NCBI RefSeq assembly: GCF_000497125.1
Contig: NC_090600.1
Span: forward strand, 1,075,197-1,139,196
DNA: 64,000 nucleotides
Source: Spironucleus salmonicida
Taxonomy: Eukaryota
Direction of reading: 5' to 3'
The first letter of the stretch is position 1. The number at the start of each line of letters is the position of its first letter. Position numbers and translations under genes: made by a program. The notes beneath the pieces were generated by a model. That model saw only the letters and a list, made by a program, of their open reading frames with translations, did not search any database and was not told the origin of the DNA. Positions 41,101 through 53,357 of this stretch are shown here, piece by piece.

Positions 41101-43213
41101 CGAACAAAGAAACTATGAACCTAAAAAAGTACAAATCGAACTCTTCTTTGTATTTTTGTTAGCTTAAGCAATTTTTCGGTAACCCTAAGAAAAATTTGTT
41201 TTTAAACTTTTTCCTGCTTCTAACATTCAGTATTTGCGGTGAGTACACCATAAGCTCATCCAGGATGTCGTATTCCTCAGTCTAGAGCCGCAGATACTCT
41301 GTTGCCATAATAATATACTCCACATCAGTCATTATTGCTTCAAGAAGGCTGAAATATATTGTTAATAGATACCAGTTCTCACATATCTGCTTGTTTATTT
41401 CTGTTTCTGCAACTTATTTATTATTTCTTAAAGATAATATATTTGTCATAATAATTTGTAGTTTATGATAGCAATCTAGGTTCAAGCTCCGATGCTATTC
41501 TGAGGCACTGATTTCGTCTAGCTCCATTTTTAGTACTGAGAGCAAGTCAGGGTGCAGAAGCTGCGAAAGAACACGGCAGGCGAAAATATGTGTAGTATTG
41601 TATCTAGCTGTATACTCATTGGGAAACGATTCAAATTGCTCATTTTTTAGAATATTGAGTACAGTTCCGTACTGCTATCTGCCCAGTGGCACAAACCTCT
41701 ATAGGGATTCTCCAAAAATAACCTCGCAAAGTGCTATACATTTTTGGTAATTTTACTTTTATGAGTCTAGGCACTCGTCAACTAGCATTATAGGCCGTTA
41801 ATTATTCATACGTTTTAAACTATATTACAACACTTACGCATCCATTATACCGCTGGTGTCAACATCACCCTCATAGATAAAAAATGAATACTATTTTAAT
41901 AAATCGAACTGTTGTTTTATCGAGCTATCAAATCTCAAATTCTTTATGAGATCGAGTCCACCCACCCCATTAATTGTTCTGGTGCTACTTTATAAATTTT
42001 CAATAAAAATATGCATCTTGCGATAAAGATACTCTAGATGATTCAAACTTTCCAGTTGAAAGGCATGGAAGATGCAGACATCATATAATACGGTTTCTCT
42101 TAAGTTTTCGAAATCTTGCAGTTCGAGTGTATTTTAGTATTATCTCTCCAGCTACGAGTGGAATGACCCAGATTTATAGTAGTACAGTGGCTGATCCTCA
42201 GATCCTTCCTTATTAAACAATATTGGAATATTTCCTATCAGCAGGTGGAAAAAGTACTGCGTGTACAAGGCGACACTTTTGCCAGATCTGGAACTCTGGC
42301 TTATAACAGCATTAGTAATAGTATCGCCTAATTTATTTTTAACCAACGAGAATAATGCGAAATACTCTGCCTTGAACAGGTAGGATACGTGGAAGAGCTG
42401 CTAGAAAATTAATAAGCAAATGCTAGTCTCATTAAAGTGGATAGGAAGCTCGAACAGGTTGATAATTGGAAACGTATTGAGTTTTAGATTTCCGTTTGTT
42501 AGTAATTTAGCGTCAGAGTAAGTCTTATTCGATGCATCAAATGTATCTTTAAGTAGTTTTAAATTTTCTATCTACTAATCATTTTCTTTATATTTCGTGT
42601 TAAATTTAGTCTCATACAACCTGAATGCCGAGTAACCAAGAATTAATGGCAGAATTAGAGGATAGTTTTCTTCCTTTTAATACTTTATTGCTGCTAGTTA
42701 CAACAGAACTTGGTTCTCATGGAAGCTAAAATACGATATATTTTTAGGCTAGAGAATTTTTTTTGTGTCAAAGCTATTGTAAAGCGAAAAGTATTACAAA
42801 TCATGATTTTCAATGCTCTTGGCAAATTAAGTACAATAAGATTCACAGGCCGATTATACAGATAGTACATCTAGGCCCATTTGGGCTGCGACAAGGCCGA
42901 TATTGTCCCAAAAATTTGAATATCGGAATTTAATTATATCTTCAAACTATGATATCTAAAATCGCACATTCTAAGCAATTTTCCCCAGCTTCTTGTAGAG
43001 TAGAACGACCTAGACCGCGCATAGCTGCTCCGTGGTAGTAATAGTGGTTTTGAATAGGTACATGGAACTTACATCCAACTACCTAGACTATCTGATCTCG
43101 CTGCCTTCTATGGTAAATGTGAGTATCTTTTATTTCTTACCATCCACCTTTATTTTTCCATTAAAAATGGTATATTAGTGTACTATGAAATCTATAGATA
43201 ACAGTTTTTACAT
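38112..43213 (-). pseudogene. Frameshifted copy of the ~1700-aa putative NTPase gene (truncated to ~1055 aa)
   Basis: Mirror of 5102-10204. One C is missing near 40101 (ttgtccagg left vs ttgtcagg right), giving TGA at 40046-40048. The internal ATG at 5744 is ATA here. A sequencing error cannot be excluded. Confidence 0.7.
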
Positions 43214-44785
43214 TTAGAGTGAAACCCCATGCCCTTAAATATGGTAAAGTACAATGAATTGCAATTTCAGCTATATAGCATATAAACTGGTAGTATTGTA
43301 TATAATACTATATTTATTATGAAATAATACCTACAGACAAAGTACTCGGGGGTGGTCCTGTTGAGCAGATTAGCGTGCTAAATAGCCTCCAATACAAACT
43401 GAATTATAGTATAAAATACTACCAATCCTGCCGTGTCATTCACAGACGCACTACCCTGTTCTCTTTTACTCAACAATGGTATACTCTTCGAACTACGTCA
43501 GCAATACCAAATTTAGCTTTCAGTTACCAGTTCTAGGAACTTATAATAATTTAACTGCTAGCTTCCTTGTATCATAAGACTTTCAATCAGTTATCAGATT
43601 AATATCCTGAACCATGAAAACCTACAAATCTCACGAAAATACGCTCATAATTTCCAGCAGTACTCTTGCCTGCACGCTTGGCGATTATAAATTTTTAGTA
43701 AATGTAAAGTGTTGACTTCTCAGGTGAGCTAGTATATCAAAATATCACTGATACTGAACTCTGCTTAAATATTACCATAAAGCTGGAATTAAGTATATAC
43801 TCATACTTCAAATTCTACATTTATGCCATACAACAACAGAATATCCCTACAATCATAATATACATTATCGAGGCACTCATTCTTTCGCATTATATATCAT
43901 ATAGTTATTACATATTAATGTAAAATAAAGTACCAAAATCCGAAATGCATTAACTCAACACTGCGACTATAACTTCAGAAAATGTACATAAACAACCTAA
44001 GGTAGTCTAAATCTTATAATTTAATTTTCTATAATTTATTATCACACAAGCCTATGTCAATTCATGCCTTTCCATAAATGATCTTAAATTTAAATTTCAA
44101 GATTAGCAACTAAGAAATCCTTGTCTAAACAGCAGACCACAATTATTTCCTCTCCATTTTATAATGTATGGGATAAATTTTAATTTAGATGACCACCATA
44201 AGTTTGCATACTGGGAATTTTTTCGCTAAGAATAAAATGTATCTATTCAACTTTATAGGTTTCAAGCAAATTCTGAAGATATAATTTTTTCGATTTAATT
44301 ACATATTTAAGATATAGTTTTACACAGTTTCTTGTGTTTTGTTTAGTTTATTAGAATAACCAGGGACTGTATTGTGTTTTCTCCTGCTTATAGTATAAAT
44401 GTTAAATAAGATATGAGTAGTGATAAAATATAGAGTTGGAGGTTTGAGTAGATTGTGGAAGTTGTGTCCATTAATTTTATTTCAAATCCCATTCCACTTA
44501 TTATATTTTAATAAGTCAAAGTTAATTTGATAATCAATGCGATGCAGAAAAATTGCTATTTTGTATATTTGTATGCTGATATGGTTTATTTTTGTAATAT
44601 GATATTAGAAGACAATATATGTAAATAAATAAGAGTTAGTATCTCGATAAAGAAAAGGCAAATACATATAGATCAACGTAGTGGAGGATATAATATATGT
44701 TTAAAGAAAATAATTATAATCTGCCAACTTGAGTCTCCTGCTCTTATATTAGCTAATATTCTGATAAATACCCATCAGCTAATAC

Positions 44786-46746
44786 ATGAAATTCGATTTA
44801 ATTATGTTTGGTATTAAGAATGATTTGCTATGGGTGATTTGTGTTCCTACTGATCCATAATGGATGCTACTTTCTTTCTGCTCATGTCATCTCCGAGATC
44901 TATCTGATGCCTTAACGTCCACGAAGTTCATAGCCGCTTTGCTCAGAATCCCTAACGTGACTTGTAAAGGATGCATATATCAGTCTCTAAAGGCTCCTAA
45001 CGTGATGCACCAGCCTGAATTCAGTTTCTGGACCCAGTGTTGGCGTCGATTTAGCCAGGCATACGAAACTGAAAACTCTTGCGAGCATCCTGCCCAGTTT
45101 CACCTAAAATAAAACGAAGAAACTGGGTGCCGACAGCATAGAAAGAAAGTGCTTTTGAGGCAGAGTGGGGTATTAAACAATTGGGATGCTCCGCACAAGT
45201 TAGTATCATCACAAAAACTAAAAATACCCACACGTGGTATACTCCAGTATCATGGATATCTCGCAGGTTTAGTTGCAAAATTACTAATATGAAAAAAAAT
45301 ACTTAATCAGTAGGAATTACCAGATCCCCAAAGTGTGAATGGCAGAAGGCAGTGTCTGCTCAGCAGAGGTTTTACTATACAACATTAGGTATTACTGTTA
45401 ATGCACCAGCAGGTTTCAGGTAGGCTTTTGCCTTGCTCTGAAAATATAGCCTTCTATAGCGGTTGGTATTGTGAAGATCACACTCACATATCAGCTTAGT
45501 ATTAATGCGCCGGTGGTGAATGCGCCAAGTGTATAAAACACACGATTTTAGGTACTGTCACCTTTTGTGAATGCTGTGTTGGCGAGTGTGAACCTTGTAG
45601 TGATAAAGGGTAATACAATAAATGTGAGGATGAATATCCAGTAAATACCAAAACCAACTTGTATGTCTGTGATTTCAAGTCCAACGATAAGTGGGGAGCA
45701 TCATGTGAGACTCCTGTTAGACAGTAACAAGCAGAAGTAAATTGCGCACAAACTAGTGTGCAGATCGTATATCTGCTAGTATTTACACAGCATGTTATGA
45801 ATATGATAAAATACTACTATCTCTGTTAATGTACCAAAAATGTTAAAGTATTAAAGCTGATAATTACTGTGAAGACAGCGATTCAAAGCTCTTGTAGAAT
45901 GCCTAGCATTTGAATGTAAATTCAGGGCGTGGTTGATTGTGTGTCTTGCAGAGTAGCGGAAAATGAGTGCAATAAATACTTACCACACAGAAAATGCAGT
46001 TAGGGAAATGTAGCGAATATGAGGGTTGGTACCTCGTAGAGTATGTAAAATGCTGGTCTAATAGAAAATGATCCGGAAAACTATAATTTGCTTCAGCGCC
46101 TGTGTTAGTTGGGGCTTCGCCACCGATTTCGCTGAATCTGTGGTTTCTTGAGTTCCAAAATTGGTTAGGTTCCTAGTGTCTGGAGGTCATATTCCGATGA
46201 AGGAAACAATGCAGGGTGCACGAGTTTACTACAATAACACTGAATCCCCTGTAATCTGGGGTATTTATACAACATCAAGAAGCCATGCTACTCTCTGTGC
46301 TTTCCAAATTGAGCGCCCGCGAGGACAAAGCTGGACAGTAAGGATTTAAGGTATATAACACCGTAATGATTGCCTCCATATACAGATGCTTTATCGCTTG
46401 AAACTTAACCGTATGTGACGCCTCTAAAGTGAAATGCGGTGTGCACATTTCTGGTCTCGGAACAGTACCTCTAACAACTATGTGAGATATTCAGAAGAGT
46501 CAAACTCCAGGGCGAGTGAACAAAGGCGATTCAGACGATTTGGCAGATGAGGGAAGTAAACTATCAGGGAATGTACCTTGTATTATAGTATCTATGATGG
46601 TTGCAATTGGCTGTATTGATGGTTGGTTGTGTATTACGTTCTTTACAAATCTCAGCGAAGAGATTATCCATTTTAAAATTACTATTAATATTATCAATTT
46701 ATACTCCGCAAATACAAACTACAAGAGGAATTATATGTACTAATGA
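44786..46746 (+). pseudogene. Decayed CRMP-like gene, right copy with a different 3' end
   Basis: Mirror of 1774-3529 up to 46541, then continues in frame as LADEGSKLSGNVPCIIVSMMVAIGCIDGWLCITFF, a degenerate KLxGG-TM segment. Confidence 0.65.
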
Positions 46747-47475
46747 CGTCATAAGACCTCCTTTATATTATTATTAATCTTATATAATGTCAACTAAATA
46801 TAATATTCCACTTATTAACTCTATTTGACCAATTATTTTTTCAATAGTATCTGATTGTGAAAATTATACTGATTTAGGCATGTATAAAATATCCATTATT
46901 CTTTTTGCTAACTTAAAAAATATTACTAGTAAAAATGTTATACCATTAACAGTATCAATCATTTGAAAATCAATTAAAGTAAATATATTTACAACCTAAA
47001 ACAGCAAACTACCATACCGTTAATACACTAAATCAATAATAACCTAAAACAAATTTCAATATTAGTTTTTACATATACAAAACAAATCTATAAATTAGTA
47101 CACACTAAAAATTCACAAATATTTAAATAAAATGAGATATCTAAACCTCAAAATATTATACTACCATAATAAATATGCGTATTAACAACAGATCAATATC
47201 TCACCCGCTATAAACAAACCCGACAATATGAAAATAGAAGCTCTCTAACTGCTATTTTTTACAGCAGAATTAACGTAATAAAAATACACATATCTTCATT
47301 TCCATCTTCTTCACCCACTAATAACAAATATTTATAACTTCACCAGTATTAACATTACTATTACACATATACACCCTTTTTAATGCACTAAGCATACTCA
47401 CCGTAATCTTTATTTTCTATTCCTTCATAGACCCCTTAAACTACAAATGAGTACTTTTACCCCCTTCATATCCCC

Positions 47476-48414
47476 TCACTACCTTGTTAAACTGTACCCA
47501 ATTGCCCAATCTATCACTGCCATAACATTCTGCACCGGTTTCGGTTCCGTCAAATATACGACCTATTCCTTCCGAATGTTGCGCTACCACTTTATCAGCG
47601 ACAGATACTTGAACACTCCGCTATCGAATCCGAAAATCAAATCCACTGCCTTCCTTTACTGCTCCAGGCACTCCATCATCTTCTTTTCCATCAGATTTGC
47701 GTTGCTTTTCATTATGCTATTCGAGCTGTCAAACTACAGATAGACCTCAAAATTCTCCAAATCTCGCGCCAAAATGATGCCTTTCAGCTCCTTTTTCTCG
47801 CAGCGGAAGACCTTGAAAATCGCGTGCTTTCGCTCGTCGAACGTGAAGCGGTAAGACTCCTTGTGCGTTGTTTGGAACTGCGAATCTGTCAATGTCTTGT
47901 AGTAGCAGGAGTTACGCGTTTCGGTCGTAGGGCGATATTTTGGGAAGATAGTGTTATTCTGTGCGACTGAGTCGATTTTGATCTAGGAACCGAATAGCGA
48001 CGCATGTGAAATTTTGAGCCTATTTAGAGGATTAAGAGTATTTACACTGTTATTATTTTGATTAGGTTAGAGCGGTTATACAGATTACTGCTTCGCTGGA
48101 CAGTCGAAAATGTCTAAATCTATATCTGATCCTGATACTGAAAATGAGTTCTAAATTTATGCAAACGATGTGTTGAATGTTGTTTTTGGCAGTAGTTGGG
48201 TCGATTTTCGCGATATTACGGGAACGAATAGTTATGGTTATGGATTTTTTATTTGTTGTTTTTTGACAGATTTGATAATTGCGGTTTAGAAATCAATCGA
48301 CGAAAAGTCCGCGAGTGATTTAGTAAGTGATTAATGGGGCTATAATATCGGAAAGGATCGCCGTGGAGAATGGGCGCGAAGTGTTTTTGGCTAAAGAATG
48401 TTGTGAAACTTCAT
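47476..48414 (-). CDS. Hypothetical protein (312 aa)
   Basis: AAA-ATG at 48414, open under table 6 (MKFHNILQPKTLRAHSPRRSFP...) to TAG-TGA (AGTGA) at 47476. No motif recognised. Confidence 0.75.
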
Positions 48415-49715
48415 TTTAGAAAGTACTATTATCGTAAAACTATTAATTGTAACATAATTTTATAAATATTTGGTAATATGTAAAGTAATGTTATTGCATG
48501 TTAATTGTGAATAAAACTGTAAATAAATAAAAATGAATACAAATATTAAACTTCAAACATATATAGTAAATATATATATTAAAATTTTAGTAATTATTTA
48601 TAGTATAGTGGAGTGTAACTTTTGTTATTAAAGTTATTATCTATAATTACGTTAATGAGATTAAAACCATAATAAAATTAATTTGCCTTTATATATAATA
48701 AATTCTTTATTAATAAACTTACAATATCTTAAATTTTGTTTATTTAGTAAAATGTTGTAAATACAAATATATAACTAATATTTTCATTATTTTAATAAAT
48801 CCTATTCCCATCGTTACTAAAGTACTAATTCCTTAAAATATTTAATTTCATTTTATTTGTCTCTATTTTTATAATAAATACTCTAATTACATCTTAGATC
48901 ACATATTGTAACTTACTTATAAAAGTATTATTTAAATCAGTAATGATAATGATTATATTCTTATTAAAATGAAATATCACTAGAATATCGTCAGATTTGA
49001 TGCTTGGTCAATGAAAACATAAAATTAATAATAGTTAGTATGCGGATAACAGTTTTATCTTTAAATATTAAGAATAAATTAATAAAAGCTAAGTTTCATT
49101 TTGTATTTCATCTAATATTTTATCAAGATTAATTATTAATATTATTTTTATACAGTATAATGTTATTTAAGTATTAGGAGTAAATATCAATATTTATTAC
49201 TCTAAATTACCCTTAAAAATTTTGCTAAAATATATTAATATACTTTGAATTATTTACATTAATATAATTTTGAATATTTACATCAATTAACATTTTTTAA
49301 TAATAAATCCGATTTGATTAGAGCATTTTGTGTTAAATTTATAATAAAACAACTAGTTTAGAATTAATGAGGATATTATGATTATTTTTGCTTCAAGTAA
49401 AATTTCCATAATTCTACTATAGTGCAATATTTTATATTTGATTATTTATTTTGAAATTAGCCCCAGTTTAAACTTCTTAAAATACTGTAAAAAACTTGCG
49501 AGTTATTTAATAAAAATTTGATAATATTGTAATAAATTATTCATTAAAAATTATATTAACTATGATTTTATTTTGATTTTATAACTATTTTTTCTATGGT
49601 TACAAGTACTTCGTTACTAAACAAATAATACTAACGATTAATATAGAGAGCAAATATTCTACGACAAGTAATACCTATTTATTTATAATTATAAAAACTT
49701 AGTGTATATTAAAAT

Positions 49716-51317
49716 ATGTATCAGCGATGAACCATCAAAATCGTTCAAAGCTAAGTAGTCCACATCAACATCATTCACCTTATTATCTTAAATGATGTGG
49801 GCTTCCTTATTATCGCTACCCTCACTTGTCTAAAAGTTAGGTTTACCCGCAGTTATTGTGTTGTATATATTTTCTATAATTTTTACTTTATGGATATATG
49901 ATTCATTCGTCGACGCTGCCTATTATACGTAAGCAAGATCTTATAGGCAAATGATTCTTAAAATATTAGGGAAAAAAGCATCAATTGTTCTTGATGTATC
50001 TATTATAGTGAACTACTATGGTGTTACTACTGCCTATATGGTTATCGCTTCGTAGAACTATATTTCATTTTTAAAATAAGTAGCAGATTTTGACGCCAAC
50101 CCGTATATAACAAAGGTTGTCATAGCTTGCATTATTTTTTGCCTGTGCTTGCTCAGGAATTTGAAGCAACTAGGAAAAATAGCGTCAATAGCGTTATTGA
50201 CTATTTTTATCTTCTCTTTCACTCTAATTGCATATTTTTTCATTGGTCTTAAAAGTAAGCAGCTGTGTCCTGCTGCATCGTCGTATGGTATCGTTATTTC
50301 ACCAAAGGTTGGTGGATTAATGACATTTGTTAACTTTTTAGCTTATTTACCCGCTACTTAAGGTGCATTTACTGCTCATATCATGATTCCTACAATGCTA
50401 TCTGAAATGGAAGGTCCCAATATTATTAAGAAAAAAGTTTTAAAGATATCATTACTAATTGCATGTGTGTCAGCTTTCTGTTTGTACATGTTATCTGGTA
50501 TTATGGGTGCTACGATATTTGGGTCAGCAATTGCTGATAACGTCCTTGTTTCCTTTTAGCCTTGTAAATTCGTCTGGATTTATATTATGTAATTTTGCTA
50601 TGGGCTAGTTATTATTATAGTGTATCCTTTGATCATTTATCCAATTAAAGTTTCATTTGTTAGCTACTTACCTTAATTTAAAGAATGGAAGGTCCACTTA
50701 ACAGTTTCTGTTGTTGTAGTGGTAGCAACAATGGCGTTAGCAATGGTATTTGAATCAATATTAACCACATTTGTATGTTCTCATCTATTCCAGTATTCTT
50801 CTCTTATTATATTTCCCAATTAGAATTTATGAAATTTTACATAGACTAAAAATTTAATATATTGAAGATTAGTAAGCGATACCTGATTCTGTTGCTGCTG
50901 TCATCCCAACGATGGTAAATTCTTGGAATACTTCTGAAAATATGACTAGAACTAGTACTTTACGTCATAATTCTACGATATCTAACGATTCTCAAGATTA
51001 AGGAATTCCAACAATTTCAAAAAACCTTTTTATATAAATGGAAATGTCGAAAAAGATAATAATCATAATGAATAGGGCAATGAAGATGAAATAATTCATG
51101 AAATCACAGGAGAAGAAGTAACATCATCTCATTGATGTGATGCTGAAGGAGTAAAAGTATAAAATTAATTAATGCAAAGTAGGAAATATACGTGTATCAA
51201 AATTAAATGAAAAAGAGAGCTATTATTGGTTTAATATAAATGGAATGTAGTATTATTAGTTGTATTACGGTGGTAATTAACAATTCTATACATATTTTAA
51301 ATGTATTTAAACCATGA
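49716..51317 (+). pseudogene. Amino-acid transporter (AAAP/Aa_trans family), apparently frameshifted; longest intact frame 49792-50832
   Basis: SFTLLSQMMWASLLSLP...LG, SY...ILGK, LCLLRNLKQLGKIAS, FTAHIMIPTMLSEM, LYMLSGIMGATIFGSAIADNVL and VYPLIIYP are typical AAAP segments. No in-frame ATG before TM1. Frame breaks near 50770-50815; a last TM-like segment lies in another frame, ending at 51317. Confidence 0.75.
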
Positions 51318-51970
51318 GCATTATTTATCAATAATCTATATTTTAATATAATAATAACTCTAAACTTATAATTCTAAAATATTTTAAACAATTTATAGTT
51401 AGTCAAATATTTTTCTAACCTAATCAGGAATTAAAAATAGAATCCTAAGAATATTAAAATAATACTCATAACATAATTAACTTCCTATAATTTATAGTTG
51501 CTTAAAATAAGTTACAGCTGGACTTTATCAGATTTTAAAAAATATATAAATAGAATAATAATTAATGAGTAGCTCATCTTATCAGGAATAAATCTAAAAT
51601 AGTATCCAATTTGCAAATAAATAGCAAGTTTATTCTTTTTAAATATGAAGGTATGACAAATTATTTCACTGATATTTAAGTAATTATAATACTTAGAAAT
51701 AAAATAATTTACTTTATTTAAACGTTGAAAGGATAAATATCATTATATATTATAATGCAGATTGCATTTTTTACATTATAACATTATAATAGTAGCTATA
51801 ATTTGACCAATATGTTTATTATCCCATACCTTTTTATGTTTTTAAATACCAAAATCAAGCATTCCACTGCAATAAAATTCTAAGAATTATACTATTCATC
51901 TAAACCTCTTAATCCAATTTTCACTAAACCCCCACACCATCTCATTTACCCCAAAATTCCACATTTCCCG

Positions 51971-52702
51971 TCAGCAATATTCCTCTTCTTCCTCCTCACC
52001 CTTTACCGCAATGCTAGCAGCCACCAAAGCGTCATCCTCTACTAGTTACAGCAGAGCCATTATATCAGGTTCACTGTGAATTTTGAACTTGATATTTCCC
52101 CCTTCTACAAGTCGCAAAACCGCAAGCTGAACCTGCCGTACGATAAACCGCACAGCATATCCAAACCTTTCTGTACCGTAAAGCTCCGCTGCGAGGCACT
52201 GCGCGTACTGAATTGTGCTAGAAACTAGCATACTCTCTACAGGTAGCTATACGTCTTCGAAAATTGTAGAATTCTGCTCTACAAAGCAAATCGCATCATC
52301 GAATACGATCTAAATCTGATCTGCGAACTCTTTGAGCCCGTTTAATTTTTCAAATTTGCGCCCTGCTACCTTGCCACCTTGCACAGCAATAGCCTGCAAG
52401 TAGCCCTCCGCGAAGTAGCAGAGCTGCACCCACGGGCCTTTTGTTACCCGCGAGAACATGGTCGCGAACCTGGACGCGTCAACATCCAGCGCTGCAAAGA
52501 AACCAGCTGGCACAATTTCGGCGTGCAGAAGGATCGCACGAGGGTCGTTTAGCAGCACCATTTCGAAATCCAGGTCTAAAAATGCTATTTGGTCCCCCAG
52601 TGGCAGGGATGCAAATCTGTTCACGAAAATCAGCGATTTGTGTATCATAGGCGGCAATGATAGGCATTCTGAGTTCGAGTCCGCGGACGGTGAATCTGTC
52701 AT
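51971..52702 (-). CDS. Hypothetical protein (243 aa) with acidic C-terminus
   Basis: Track ORFs 52310-52702 and 52046-52231 join under table 6 and end ...VKGEEEEEEYC* at 51971. AAAA precedes the ATG. Confidence 0.8.
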
Positions 52703-53357
52703 TTTTCTAAAACGTAAAGGCTCGCAGGTTTGGAAAAAATAGATATTTTAGATATAGAGTAAGTAGTTGACATGATAAAGTACATAAAGTTTTTTTGTGG
52801 GGTTAGAAAGTTGTGCGGGGATTGATTTTCAAAATTTATGAAAACACAAATGATGATTAATGAGTTTAAACATACATACTACTAGTTAGGAATCAGGAAA
52901 TTTTAATTGGAATAAGTAACAAAAGTGCGGTGAAGTTGAAATGGGTGGCTAATGCGTTGATGCAATAATTTGATAAATTACGAAAAAATATGTTCTGCTA
53001 ATAACGCTAAATTTTGGTAAGTTTGTAAAGATTATATGACGTCAATCTCAAGAGGTTATGGAATTGGGATAAATTGGAGTATTGATTATAGGTATTTAAG
53101 TCCGAGATGTATATTTTTCATGTAAAATTACAGTATTATTGGTTGATAAAAACTGTTAAATATCATTAATTTTAGTAATATAATATTAGCTTTAATAAAA
53201 TTAACAAATTTTACCCATACGAGGTTTTACATTGCCAATAGCTGATATTGATAATATGTTATGAAAGATAAAAGGTCTTTTGCCTATAATTTCAAAATAC
53301 AAATGTAATTGTTTAATGGTAACTAAATATGCTTAAATAAAATGATAAATATTTACG

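Larger units (their letters stand above)
26700..46541 (-). repeat. Right arm of ~19.8-kb inverted duplication
   Basis: Reverse complement of 1774-21616, with clustered SNPs and a net 1-bp deletion near 40101. Confidence 0.97.

Noticed and set aside
1774-46541. Reading the arms as transposon TIRs, or the region as a prophage or CRISPR locus
   Set aside because: No transposase, integrase, capsid, polymerase or repeat-spacer array recognised, and no target-site duplication seen at the outer ends.
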